From Neoconidiobolus thromboides FSU 785 (taxonomy: Eukaryota; Fungi; Entomophthoromycota), in assembly GCA_025603075.1 (NCBI GenBank), contig MU626355.1, positions 1 through 64,000 on the forward strand: 64,000 nucleotides of DNA, read 5' to 3'. The notes beneath the pieces were generated by a model. That model ran no database searches, was not told the DNA's origin, and worked only from the letters and a program-made list of their open reading frames with translations. Every line of letters starts with the position of its first letter. Position 1 is the first letter of the stretch. A program made the translations under genes and the position numbers. Below are positions 1 through 13,599 of the stretch, in pieces.

Positions 1-981
1 TGGTACTCAGTGATTGGAGTCAAAAACAGCTATTGCCTGGTTGACTACACTATAAGTCGAAAGATCTTAGTTTATGTGACTAAGATAGACTTGAATTATG
101 AAGAATAGCTCGTAATAGACTATCGACTATGTAAGATAAATAAAATAGACAATATTACTGTAAATCTACGTAAAATATTATTAAGGAAGCTTACTGGCTT
201 TATTAAATGTACAAGACACCAAAGGATAATTCAGTTAAAAAGCCTCAAACTACTATACTCTATAAACTCTTTTATACTCTGAAAAGTATAAATATCAAAA
301 TGAGAAGATAACATTCTTTGGGATGAAGCTAGAAGTTCTCATAGCAAATCAAACTAAGAATGTGTGATTAATTGTCTCTAAAATCGAGAGCACAACAGCT
401 TAGGCAATTTTTATGCTATAATTAACCATGGGACTGACAAAGTGATGTTTCACACAAGTAAATAGTTTATTAAATGATAGAAGTAAATCCTCAAATGTTA
501 ATGTTATTTAAATTATTAATAGTTAAGTTAACAAATAGTCAAACAACAAGTAGTTGGAGTAAATAAAAACTGTTATTACATTGACTGTATTATATAAGGA
601 TGTTTAACTATAATTTTAGGGCTAATTACTCTTTCGCATACAGCTATTTGTTAACTTAATGATATATCAATAATATAACTATAATATTAAAACAACTTAT
701 TCATTTGATAGCAAATATGTAATATTAGCTATAAAGCAATTAATAATAAATATTCCTCAATGAAGTTTTATAAGAATATGTCTTTATCTAAACACTGTTA
801 CTTTAATTAATATCAATATATAGATATATTAGTAAAAGCTTTAATAATCTGAGAATTTCTGTTAAATTTAGTAAAAACTCTGTCAACTTATATAAATCAT
901 AATAAAATAATCTAAAATTATATCGGATACCTTTGCTTTTTAATAAAAAAAATTATTATAGATTTTGAGCAAAGTTTTAAA

Positions 982-1086
982 ATATGTGGATGTATTTTTG
1001 TGTTTAAGAATCTTACTAACAATTTTTCCATTTAAATAGTGCCCAAAAGATGAAAAAAGTGATTAAGCCAAAAAAACACCCCATAT
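982..1086 (-). mobile_element. ~105-bp hairpin/MITE-like repeat, copy 1 (reverse orientation)
   Basis: ATATGTGGATGTATTTTTG...TTTCCATTTAAATAGTGC...AAAAAAACACCCCATAT. Reverse complement of the consensus ATATGGGGATGTTTTTTTTG...AAGCGCTATTTAAGTGGAAA...CAAAAATACATCCCCATAT. Confidence 0.75.
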
Positions 1087-1331
1087 AGATATTAAAAATT
1101 GAATAGAAAAATGAAACCAATTTGGACAATCTTCATTATTGTTTTAAAACTGATTTTTTTAGAAAGCTATATTAAAAATTAAATGTTATTTAATATAAAT
1201 TCAAGTGATATTGATTAGCTTATAAACTAAACTATTAAAAGATTTAATTATACTTTAATACATATTTTAATATTCATTTATCATTACCAAAGCTATATCT
1301 TTTAAAACAAGTAAAATATAATCGTATAGCA

Positions 1332-1438
1332 ATATGGGGATGATTTTCTTGGTTTCATTATTTTTTCCACTTTTTAAGCACTATTTGAGCGGAAAGATTG
1401 TTAGTAAAATTCTCAAACAAAGAAATACATCCGCGTAT
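1332..1438 (+). mobile_element. ~105-bp hairpin/MITE-like repeat, copy 2
   Basis: ATATGGGGATG...TTTTCCACTTTTTAAGCACTATTTGAGCGGAAAG...TACATCCGCGTAT. Confidence 0.75.
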
Positions 1439-1919
1439 ATAAAATTATTTTAAATCCATAAACTATATTATTATTTTTTTATATGTATAAATGTTTAAGA
1501 AACTTGTATTTTTTAGCTTGTGATCTAGTATGATAAAGCGATTAGCTAAACATGAAGGTTTTTAAAAATATTCTGTAATTTTATATGAAATTATTAATCC
1601 ACTAGTTATAGTCAATAATAACATTTTCAATATAGGTATATAGGCACTTAAAATTACACCCATGCATGGACCTTACTTGCTTCAAAATAGAAGTATATAT
1701 AGTTAGTTAATATATAGAAAATATTAAGCTTTTAAATATGATAAGTTACACGTCATTTCATTATATTAATATAAACAGTGTTAAGCACTGGTATTTAATA
1801 TTTATCTGAGATTTAATTTTAGTTTTTGATATTGTTGTAATTAAACTAAGGTTTGGAATCAAAATAAAGCTAACTATGATTGGGTAACAATGAGCTAATT
1901 GTCTATTTTCGATCATTGA

Positions 1920-1924
1920 CCAAT
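1920..1924 (+). promoter_or_regulatory. CCAAT box (GACCAATCA) ~100 nt upstream of VPS1 ATG; a second reverse copy TGATTGG at 1877-1883
   Basis: Matches the NF-Y/HAP complex RRCCAATCA consensus. Similar sites lie upstream of GND1, APL6, the G-patch gene and HMT1. Confidence 0.35.
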
Positions 1925-2022
1925 CAAGTCAAAGTACTATTATAAATATATTGGGGACTAAGTGGCACTAAACTAATTTAAGTTCTTTGTATTAACTATT
2001 TATATTAGTTTTATAAAATAAA

Positions 2023-4751
2023 ATGGATTCAAGTTTGATTAGTACTGTCAATAAATTACAGGACGCTTTTGCTACTGTTGGGGTATCGAACCCAGTAGAT
2101 TTACCTCAAATTGTAGTAATCGGAAGGTAAACAGATGTAATCATTTATTAAGATATTTATAACCTTATCTTAACTATATAGTCAAAGTTCTGGTAAAAGT
2201 TCAGTATTAGAAAATATAGTTGGTAAAGATTTTTTGCCAAGAGGTACAGGGATTGTAACTAGAAGACCTTTGGTTTTACAATTATACAATGTACCAGCTA
2301 AACAAAACCCAACTGAAGAAGGTATCTATAAAGCACGTACTTGTGTTCGTAAATTAACTTATATTATCTAGATCCTGAAGAATGGGGAGAATTTTTACAC
2401 ATTCCTGGAACAAAATTTACTGATTTTAACAAGATCAGACAAGAAATTGTTAGCGAAACTGATGCAAAGACGGGTAAAAATGCTGGTAAATAAATTTATA
2501 GTTTACAATAATTATAACTAATACATGAATATTAGGTATCTCACCTTTACCAATTAATCTTCGTATATTTTCACCAAAGGTTTTGACTTTAACTTTAGTT
2601 GATCTTCCAGGGCTTACCAAAGTAATATTTTAGTAAATCAAAGCACATCTATTAAGTATTTTAGGTTCCTGTCGGAGATCAACCGAAAGATATTGAAAAA
2701 CAAATTCGTGATATGATTTTACGTTACATTTCAAAACCAAATGCAATAATATTGGCAGTTACTGCTGGTAACACTGATTTAGCAAATTCAGATGGTTTAA
2801 AGATGGCAAGAGAAATGGACCCTGAGGGAAATAGAACTATTGGTGTTTTGACAAAAATCGATCTAATGTAACAATAATAACAAAATCAATACCATATTAA
2901 ATTTATTTATTAATATAGGGATCATGGAACAGACGTAGTAGATATTTTAGCAGGAAGAGTCATTCCATTAAAACTAGGTAATATATATTAAAATAACAAT
3001 GGTACTTGACTAATTATTATTATAGGATATGTCCCAGTTGTAAATCGTGGCCAAAAAGATATTACCACTAATAAATCAATTTCTTCGGCTCTTGATTCTG
3101 AGAAATCATTTTTTGAAAACCATTCATCATACAGAAGCAAAGCACAATATTGTGGTACTCCATTCTTGGCTCGTAAATTGAATATGGTAATACAGATATT
3201 TATATCACATACATACAATATGCTAATACTATTTAGATCTTGATGCATCATATCCGAAATACTCTTCCAGAGATTAAATCGAAGATTCAAGCTGCTCTTG
3301 CAAAGTATCAATCTGAATTAGCTCAACTTGGAGATCCATTAGATGACGGATCAACTCACCAAGTAATTTTTTATATTTGTCTAAATATTATTTATTTATT
3401 ATTTAGGCCAACATGGTTTTAAGTGTTATCACCGAATTTTGCAATGATTATCGCACAGTTTTAGATGGTAAATCAAATGATTTGTCTACTTATGAGCTTT
3501 CTGGTGGTGCGAGAATTGGTTTTGTGTTTCATGAAATATTTGCAAATGCAGTGCGTAATGTGGATCCATTTGATCAGGTTAAAGATGTTGATATTCGTAC
3601 TATACTTTATAACTCATCGGTATTTAATTTAATTTATTTTCTGATTAAACATTAATATCTTTTAGGGATCCTCTCCATCCTTATTTGTTGGTACTACTGC
3701 TTTTGAAGTCATTGTCAAGCAACAAATTCGTCGTCTTGAAGAGCCAAGTTTAAAATGTATTTCCCTTGTTTATGACGAATTAGTTCGCATTTTATCTCAG
3801 CTTCTTAATAAGCAGGTAAGCTATTTTCAATATTATAATTTGGAAGCTATAATGCCTTTTAAAGCTTTTCAAGCGTTTCCCTGGGCTTAAGGAGCAATTT
3901 CATTCCGTTGTAGTTAATTATTTTAAGAAAGTAACAATTCCAACAACTAAACTTGTCCAAGATCTTGTTAAGTAATATCATTGTTATTTTAAAATTGAAT
4001 TTAATGTAATTTTCTATTATTAAATTTCTAGTATGGAAGCTAATTATGTAAACACCGCACACCCTGACTTTTTAACTGGTCATAAAGTAAACTAAGTCTT
4101 TTGGAAAATTAAGCTTACTAACACTTTAATCCTAGGCAATGGCAATGGTAAATGATCGTTTTAATCCACGCTCAACTACACCTAATGAGCCAAAACCACC
4201 TTCAAGTGGTCGCAACAGCACTACAGGTCTCCCAACCCCCAATTCTGCAGCAGTTGAACAGGAATCTGGAGGCTTCTTTTCAAGTTTCTTCCCTAGAAAG
4301 AAGAAAACTACTGTTATGGAACCACCTCCAGCTGTACTTAAGGCTTCTGGAACTTTATCTGAGCGCGAACAAATAGAAACTGAAGTCATTAAGCTTTTGA
4401 TACAATCTTACTTTAACATCGTTAAACGCACAGTTACTGATATGGTTCCTAAAGCTGTTATGCTTAACTTGATTTCACAATCTAAAGAAGACTTACAAAG
4501 AGAGCTTTTAAGAGAGCTATATAACAATGATGTATTAGACGATTTACTTAAAGAGTCTGAGTTTACTCAACAACGTCGTAAAGAATGCAAGAAAATGATT
4601 GAGGTAATTTAAAATTTTTGGTATAAAAATAAGGTACTAATTTGATTTTTATATTTAGGCCTTGCAAAAAGCTGATGAGGTAATTATATTAAATAACAAA
4701 AGTAATTGAAACTAACCTTTTTTTTCATAGATTGTTGGAAGTGTTAACTAA
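2023..4751 (+). CDS. VPS1: Dynamin-related GTPase Vps1 (multi-exon)
   Basis: Manual splicing gives [40 protein letters not shown] (G1), DLPGLTK (G3), TKID (G4), the middle domain LSGGARI, and a GED ending [25 protein letters not shown]...[23 protein letters not shown]. First intron 2127-2181; all introns checked are GT-AG. Confidence 0.93.
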
Positions 4752-5071
4752 TTGATAAGTAAAGTTAGATTTTAACCTATTCAAGCTTTTATTCATTATA
4801 AGACAATAACTCATTAACAAAGCCATGGAACTTAATAAATTAAATTAGTTATAGTCTATATTACGGAATTATTAACATCATTTTTAGAATTAAACTTCAC
4901 TTATCCTTTAATTATACTTGATATTTAATTTTATTAGCTAGAAAAATGAATAATGTTTAAAGCTATTGATAACTAATAAATTAATAAATAAAAAGTTTAT
5001 AAACAAAAAGTATTAACTGTTAAAGCCTTGAAATTCTCTAATATTAAATTAGTTTTATTAGTTTGAAGTCT

Positions 5072-8000
5072 TTATGTAAGCTTAGTATAGGAAGGTGGAT
5101 TAAAGATGCGATTGAGTACTTTAATTACATACAGTGGGAAACATGAAACTGCAGTGATTGCCATTACTTTCCATATAAAACCAAAAGTGCATATAAAGTT
5201 TAAATCTAAAACACTATTAGTATCATTTAATTATTTCTTAATCCAATTACCAAAATCTTTTTTCAAAATAAACATTGAGGCAATATAAATTATTATTGAA
5301 AATATTTGAGAATATATCATATAACGATGCCTAACAAAAATTAGTACTATAAATGACATAATATAAACAAATAAAGTACCATGTAGATATATTAAATGCT
5401 ATCACAATAAGTTCATTCAATATCAATGCTGTAAAAGAAATTGACACAATATTGATAAACTCAGCGTCAAAAAGCCACAAGGCAAGAAGCATTATAGCAC
5501 CACCTAAATTGATTGGTTTTATTTTATTTAATAGAAAAAGTTATTTGATTTACCTTGATAAATTGAAATTATAAGCCACCAAAGAAATGTTTTATAGCTA
5601 AGAGATCTCCCCTGTTTTGTGTTTTAATTATTTAGCATTAAAAGTTTAACATTAGTTACTTTAGTAAGGTCCTTATAAAGCTCTGGGTACATCATAGCTA
5701 TAGTTTCATTGACATCGTGATCAAGTACCATAGAAAAAACTGGACCCATAGTGTAGAGGGTGGCGTATCCGACCAATAGCATGCCCTGGTATAAAGCAAT
5801 TGGCGCAAAATAAAAGATAGCTGAAAAGACAGCTTGCATTACGGATATAATGAGCCCACGATGGATCACAAACTGTGCTAATTTAGAGGAGCGTTTATAA
5901 CTATTGCGTCCATGCCAAATTAGTAATTTTGCTAAATAAGAAAATTGTAAAATAGAGAAATCGGCTGCTAAAGAGGCTTGCTTCCCTTCTTTGCCAACAA
6001 TTCCTACACCAACATCAGCTGCTAATATCATTGATACGTCATTACCACCATCTCCAATAGCACATACTCTTCGACCTGTATAATTTTTAATTAGGGAAGT
6101 AAGTTCAGCTTTTTGGGTAGGTGTACAACGGCAGCAAACTACTGCAGGTAAATTCACCGAAAGAGAAATGAATTGTTCTTTCAATACCGGATCATTTAAG
6201 TACTGGCTAATAGAATCACCATCAATTACCAAACAACAATCTTTTTTCATTGCAACCAATTCAAGATCCCTTTGGGCATCTATAGGGCCTTTAATTTTAT
6301 TTATTTGATGGATCAATTGGTTACGCGAAACCAGTTTTGAAGAAATAGCAATACAAGTAGCTGTTTCTATTTTATCCCCAGTAAGCATCCAGATCTTTAT
6401 ACCAGCATTTCTAAGCATTTCAAGAGTATTCTTAACGTTTTCTTGAAGTTTATCCTCTACACCTGTTACTCCAAGCAATTCCAGGCTATTTTCTAAATGT
6501 CTTTCAACTACTTCTTGGACTGATTTATTCCTATTAGACAGTGAAAGTTTGGCTTTACCGAGTTCAGATTCGAATGCCTCTAAAGTATTCATGCTAAGTT
6601 TTTTGCGCGCAATGACTAAAGTTCTTAGTCCTTCTCTAGCCATATTTGCACATTCTTCATCAAGCCATTGATTGTCTGTAACCCTTGGCGACATAACAGC
6701 GTCCGCCCCTTTTAAATAAAAGGTAATATCTCCACTTAAAACTTCTTTTACAACAATACCCATACGCTTGGTATGTGATGAAAATGGGAAAATATGGAGG
6801 ATTTCATATTTTTTATCATGTAAAACTTCTTTATCTGTTCCTATAGAAGCTGAAATAGTTATAAATTGGGGGTCTCTATCTGTTAAAGTAAGTCCACATG
6901 ATTCTGTAAATTTTACTATCGCGATTTCATCTGGAGAAGAAGCTTGATAATTTCTTACACTCGTTCCTTCTTCTTGAGTAGGTGTCACGTTATGGCAAAG
7001 TGCAAGTGCTTCCATCAAATCTTTAACTCTTTGGGTCATGTCTCTCCTACCTTTGAATGCAGTCGTGGCAATATTGTTATTGTTATTGCTATAATAGCCT
7101 GAGGATGATCCATGAATTGAAACATTAGAAAGCCCTCTTTTATGCTTACCACTTGGTCCGCTATTTTGGTCATTAGCAGTAAGTGAACTATTTAATGATT
7201 TGTAGGCTGTCTTTAAATGAGCAGCTACTTCATCCATTGTTTCATGAGAATAGGCCATAGTACCAAGATGGATTTTTTTCAATATCATATCATTTTGAGT
7301 TAAAGTACCTGTTTTATCAGTTAAAAGATATTCAATACGACCAAGTTCTTCAGGTATTGTACTGGTTCTTACAATTGTACCTTCTATTTCTTTGTCTGTT
7401 TGTATATCATGAGCATAAACTGCCTTTCCCATATCTAAATTTACTCTTAAACTTATCGGAATAATTGAAGAAAAAAGGATTAAAAACCTAAAAAGATAAA
7501 TATACCAAAGTCCTTGGAATCCGTTTAGAGCAATCAAAAGGAATGAAATAGCAAACGTTACTACACATAATATCTAAATAATATTAAAATTAAATGGCAA
7601 TATTTATATAATATGAATTTACTTTGGCTATTTTGTTAAGTTCTATATCTAATAGCCCTACTTTTGTCTTTGGATGAGCAGTATTAAGTGCTGCTCTGGT
7701 GTCTCTCCCAGTATAAATAACAAGTCCAACTGCTTTCCCAGAAGCTAATATTGTGTTTGCCCAAAGTGTATTTTCAATATTGACTGGTTCTATAGAGTTG
7801 AAGTTTGATTGTTTTATAGTCCCAGTAAAAGAATAAATGTCTTTATGAGGCTTTTCTACTTCCGCATACCCATTTATCGTTCCCATGTCTTCTAAGCCTA
7901 TTGATTGACAAGAAGGTATCGCAACCCTAAGCTTCCAATCGGTTTCTCCATCAAGTTGATCAGTACGTACAAAGCAAGATCCACTTTGATCTGAAGTCCA

Positions 8001-8639
8001 CAACAAGAGCATATCTGCTGGAACCCTTTGATTTTTATGTAATAATATTAAATTACCAACTTTAATTTTCGAACTTGGGCTATTCTCTGTTGAAAAGTTA
8101 GAATTGTGCGGTATTATTTTGCTAAATATTTGTGAGTTGGCCTCTTTATCCCTTAGATATCTTTGGTAGTCATCGTAAGCTTCTTTGCTAATAGTAACCC
8201 CTAAAACAAATATAAGTGGTCCAACATAAGTAACTAAATAGCCTATCCTTGTATATGGAATAAATTGAGACAATGCTACTAACAAAAAATATAGATTAAA
8301 AAAGTACTTAAATTGCTCATAAAGAACAATAGGCAAGAATGTAATTGGGTTGTATTTTTGGTTTCTAAACAAATTTGGTGAATATTTTTTATTTGAGCCA
8401 TCGGAACAATTAATGATAACTTGTCTTGTTTCATCTAATTCATTTATCAAAGGTATCTCCTGAGCACTTATATCAGATTCTATATAATCTTCTACTATCT
8501 GTTCGTTTTTATCTTTATATGGTGTAAAGTCTGTATCTTCCTCTTGAAATCCAGTCTCCTCTTCACTTTGATTCCTTAAAGGTTCATAACCTGGTTTCCC
8601 AAAGTTTAATTTTTTCATCGAAAATGAATTCTTACTCAT
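5072..8639 (-). CDS. NEO1: P4-type ATPase / phospholipid flippase, Neo1/ATP9 subfamily (multi-exon)
   Basis: DGET, PISLRV (P4 signature), DKTGTLT, TGDK and GDGGND motifs. 3' exons splice to [12 protein letters not shown]...[15 protein letters not shown] (stop 5072-5074). Confidence 0.93.
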
Positions 8640-8905
8640 ATAAATTGAATTTAAGCTTGCTTTGTAAAAAGTGAACTATTTAAAATAGTAAATAAATATG
8701 AACAAAAAGTTAATATTTAAAAAATTGATGACTTAATTATTTACGCAATATTAAAAATAAATTTATGCAGCTTAAAAATACCTACAATATAATTGAAAGT
8801 AAACTAAACATTAGAGTATGAAATGATTCAACATCAAAGCATTTTAAATAATGGCTAATACAACTTTTATATCGACTACCATTAAATACTTGAAGCATAT
8901 GTATA

Positions 8906-9012
8906 ATATGGTGATATTTTTTTTGACTTAATTACTTTTTACATCTTTTAAGCATTACTTGAGTGGAAAGATTGTTAGTAAAATTCTTAAACACAAAAAT
9001 ACATCCCCATAT
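8906..9012 (+). mobile_element. ~105-bp hairpin/MITE-like repeat, copy 3
   Basis: ATATGGTGATATTTTTTTTG...GAGTGGAAAG...CACAAAAATACATCCCCATAT. Confidence 0.75.
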
Positions 9013-9098
9013 AGTTATAAAAAGCACCTAACAGTACCAATATTCTTTATTCTTTAAAACTCAGTAACTAAATAATTATTCCACAGTGTTTTATCATT

Positions 9099-9205
9099 GT
9101 ATGAGGATATATTTTTTTGTTTAAGAATTTTGCTAACAATCTTTCCGCTTAAATAGCGCCTAAAAATGGAAAAAAGTAATGAAGTCAAAAAAAACATCCA
9201 CATAC
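9099..9205 (-). mobile_element. ~105-bp hairpin/MITE-like repeat, copy 4 (inverted relative to copy 3)
   Basis: GTATGAGGATATATTTTTTTG...TTTCCGCTTAAATAGCGCC...AAAACATCCACATAC. Confidence 0.75.
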
Positions 9206-10023
9206 GCTAAAACCATTAAGATCTATAGAGTATATTAGTTCTTTTTAATACTCATTAAAGTTGCTGTTATATCTTAATACAACATCCAAAAAACATAAGA
9301 CATTATCCTCCTTAAAGAGCGAGGTTATAAATATGTAGTAAATAATATTAAGTAAAAAAGTTTAATTTATTGTACAATATCAATTTCTATAGTTCCTAAT
9401 TTTGTTCTAGTAAAAGTTGAAAATTAAAACTTAAAATGTTTATTACTACTGGCTATACTTTAAACATAAATTGGGCATTTTCAGTTTTATACTTACATAT
9501 TAATTGTGACGATATCTTCTATTTTTCTATATATAAAATACAAAATAGAAATACCCAACCCATCTTTAAAATGTAATAGTAGTGTGGTAAATTTCTGTTA
9601 GCGAGCTTGATAAAAAACAGCATTCGATATCTCTATATAGCTGTTGTAACTCTTTTACGACATAAATAACTACATATTTAAGTAGAAAATTTATTAGATT
9701 AGGCTAAAATTTAAAACTAGGCTTCAGAAAATTGATTATACAAATAACTCACTTATAAAAATTATCGCTAAAAAGTTCCAAAGAGTTATAATAGTTATAG
9801 TTTCAGACTATGATTTAATTATTAAGAGTCGGGTAAAGTCTTTGAATGATTATGCTTGAGAGTGAAGGCTTATGGAAACACCTTAAATTCAAAAACCGAA
9901 ATTTAATTTCAGTGAATAATTTAAGATTTTATTATAAATCAGGAATAAAGTATGAAATTAAAGTTATGGATCATATAAAATTGAATTAAAGTTTTATTTA
10001 TTTTTAATAAATAAAATTAGTGT

Positions 10024-10787
10024 ATGGAATTAACTCAACTAACACCGATAATAGTTATTAGTATATTGCTTTTAATATCGATAATATGCTTGTTCATTTA
10101 TTTTATTTTAAACTATATTTCAAAGCATAAGAAGTCAAATACCACTATAAGTTTGACAGAGATTATAATCAAAGACAATAAAGATTGGGGATTTTTTGTT
10201 ACTGAAGATAAAGTCGGGAAGCTTATGTCCTATGATAATAACAAATTGTATTTCACAGAAGATTGTTTGATACAAACCAATAATTGCTTTAAAGATTCTA
10301 CCAAACATAATTATTTTGAAATTGAAGCTTTAAATTTAGAAGACGATGCCCAGTTTCACTTTGGATTGGCATTAAATATCAAAGATAATAATTTTAAAGG
10401 TAAATTTACTTTTTTAATTTTCAAGTTTATTAACTATAGATAGATTCTAGTATTTTGTTAAATATATATTCAAAAAAAATTGAGTTATATGGTAAACCGA
10501 TAGAATGGATAAATTTCCCAACCATTGATGAAGGGGATGTAATAGGTTGTCTGTACCATTCATCGCCTAGAAATGAAGCTATGTTTACTTATAATGGGGA
10601 AGAAATAATCACCCTTAAGTTTGGGTTTAACAAAGCTAAATTATTTCCGACCATCTATGGTATAAAAGGTTGTTTTATAAATTACAATTTTGGAAGGGAA
10701 CCATTTCACTACCAGCCTGCTAATTATTATAACTATGGCGTAGTAAAACCTTCAACTAAAAGCGAAGAGCCACCTAACTATTCTTAA
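10024..10787 (+). CDS. Single-pass membrane protein with SPRY/B30.2 domain (Ssh4/Ear1-like), 2 exons
   Basis: N-terminal hydrophobic helix. Intron ~10400-10443 joins the two track ORFs. C-terminal GDVIGCLY..FTYNGE..LFPTIYG..NYNFGREPF is typical of SPRY. Confidence 0.7.
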
Positions 10788-12063
10788 TTGTAAAAGTAAA
10801 AAGTTTTATGTTTAATAATTTTTAAGGTATCCCTTCATTATTGATTGTATTTATTAAGATTATCATGATATGTTTAAGCATAATATGATATGATAAATTA
10901 AACTTTATTTTAATAGGAATTGTTATAAAATCGCTAGCACTATTGTAGTGTAATTGAATGGAAGTATCAGCTTTCTACTTCTCAATATACTAAGAAATCG
11001 AGTACTAATTATATAAATTAAACATGTGCAAGAATTTTTACATTTGTAAATATAATCAATCATTTTAAAAGTTCATCAAATTAGCCATTTTACTGCTATG
11101 TTTTTATGAATACTATTTGTATATATGAATTTGATTTAATAAATAACTAAGATAGAGTAAATGATATCTAAATTTGTTGAAACATGATAATAAATATACT
11201 TTATATTTATCCATATAATTTACATGTTGTTTTTATATTCTTTATATCCTTTATATGACAAATGTCATCTCCCGGTTTGACCAAAATCTCCATTTTATAT
11301 ATACAATAAAAACAAGTGTTTTATTATACTTCAAATTTTTTAAATTTAATTCACCAGTAAACCGTGTATGATCAGTTAATATTCTATCAAAATTATTCAT
11401 GCTTTAACAATATACTTAATCTGATTTACTTAGGAGATATAAAAATCAAATCGGAAAACCCAGACATCTTTACTGAATAATTGATAATTTAAGCATGCTA
11501 ACCATCTAATACATGATATTTTTTATAAAAAGTTTACATTTTAATAGACAAACTGTCATCCAAAGTTAACTGAGTTTATAAACTTTTTTTGACTATTTTT
11601 GCTTTGTTTCCTAAAACTCAATTTTATTGTTGTCAATAGGCATAACATATCTAATATTAAAATTATATTTGGTATCTGATTTAATAATGAATGCATTGCC
11701 AACTAGTCAATGATAATATATGAGTTTCAAAAAAATCGTAATTCTGGCTTGTTATAAAACTGAATTATAAAATCGCATATAACATTTAAAACTTAAAATT
11801 TTATACAGATACTAGCTTTAGTTTTTATTTGTATTTAATGTTTCTATATTGAATGTACCAAAATTCAGGGATAACTAACTGAGTTGGTATTTAGAAACTA
11901 TGTTTTACAAGAATTTCATTAAAGAGATAATTTTGATTATAATGTACTAATCAGAATATTTCGAGACTTAACCATACGAAAGGCATGTTGTTGAATAATA
12001 TGAAGTTGCATCCTAAAATATCACTTTGCATAAAGTAATAAAAAAATATTTTTAAGTTATCTA

Positions 12064-13192
12064 TTGAAATTTTCTATATTTATAAAGGATTTATATCATA
12101 TAGCCATTAAAATAGAAGGATTTTCATCAGCCTTTTTTACATCTTTACTCTTAGCTACTACTTTAGATATCGTTAATTTATTTTTAATTTACTTAGAATC
12201 TAAAATTAGGCGAAAAATCGATAGTATTATTATTGTCATTATCCTTACTACCCTTACTTCCACATAATTAATGTATTTGCTAGTAAAAATTATAAATACG
12301 GTTTATCGATTTACAACTGTAACAAATATTATACAGGCTAAGGTTGGATGTCAGTTTAATTATGCATATTAAACCTTCTTATTTCTTTGAGATCTTGTTT
12401 GCATTCTATTTAAACAAAAGAGCTCCCAAAATTACTTCAAAGCTGCTTGATAAATTTCTTTAATTCTCATTCTTTTCAATAGCTACTAATGCTGTTGTTT
12501 TAACTGTTTGGCCTGTAGTAGTAAACGAAGACTCAACCATATTAGCCGATTTAATTTGCTTTACTGAATTCACTAACTTTTATTTTATTATGTGTACTTA
12601 TTTTTCTATAAAAGCCATTATATATAGTTAAATATACTAGGTTTTTATGCAAGTCTTAGTAAGGATTACAACCCTAATCCAAAATTATAGGTTAGTATTT
12701 TATTTTTATAAAATTTATTCTATATAATTGTGGATTAGGATTACAGCTACTATTGGAACTCACATAAAAACCCTGGAATAAGCCTGCCTACCTCCTATAC
12801 TGCTATTTTAAGTTATTTTACTATTTATTAAAAGTATGTGATTTTGTTTATCTTGATTATACTCCTCAACTCAAATGATTACAAATGCAAACTTCCTTTA
12901 TGGAAGGACAAAGTTGCTACTATAAAATTGTATATTATGGTAGCTATGTATCATACCTCAGTGTTAGTCTCAGTAGCTTTCCGTGTGCCTGTTCATTATG
13001 TTTCGGAGTCATATTTGTTTAGCCACGGTTCTGAAAGCTTAGTAATATTTTAATTATCGTTTTCTCTCTTTCTAGTGTTGCTTTCAATTTAGTTGTGCAT
13101 TTTTACACACTGATATTAATAAGAAAATAAATAAATTTCAATATATTCAAGAAATAATAGTGACACAAAATTGCCATGATAAATATTATTGA
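12064..13192 (+). pseudogene. Degenerate member of the 7TM class-A-like receptor family
   Basis: Family landmarks appear in the right order across stops and frameshifts: hydrophobic TM1/TM2, KVGCQ (TM3 Cys), DLICF (ECL2 Cys), IKLYIMVAMY (paralogs IKLYTILAIY), FLHTDINKKINKF (paralogs ILHTGIANEAKKF). Confidence 0.6.
12638..12776. mobile_element. ~140-bp degenerate inverted-repeat insertion inside the receptor pseudogene
   Basis: GGTTTTTATG pairs with CATAAAAACC, and CCTAATCCA pairs with TGGATTAGG, with the same 23-nt spacer on both arms. It falls within the TM5-coding segment. Confidence 0.4.
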
Positions 13193-13599
13193 TCATTTGT
13201 TATATGCATTTCAAATATTCGTTTATATACATCTAAATTCGACTTATAACAAAAAAGTATCCAAGACAAAGCCGGATTCTATCTAAATATGACAAGAAGA
13301 TACGTAAATAGACTAATTATTTTAATGTCTATAGATCTATAAAGACTAAAATTGTATACAATTATTAGCGTTTGTATTAAAATTCATTCGTGTCATAGAA
13401 AATCAACATCATAAATTTAAAAGGGATAATGCATTGAAAAACAATATTAGATAAAAAATCAAGTATTGACAAATAGTTGTTAGAGCAAACCAATAAATAT
13501 ATTTTTATTTATGTTAAGAATTGTTTGAAGCTAATAAACAATAAATTTTATAACTGCAATAAAAATACTTTCTAATTATTTTTAAAACCAGAAAAACCC

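Noticed and set aside
1-300. Possible LINE C-terminal relic (L*RIARNRLSTM...C)
   Set aside because: Too many stops, only a vague resemblance, and cut by the window edge.
11150-12040. Protein-like broken frames on the minus strand (possible decayed F-box/LRR gene)
   Set aside because: No consistent splice model or motif. Needs BLASTx.
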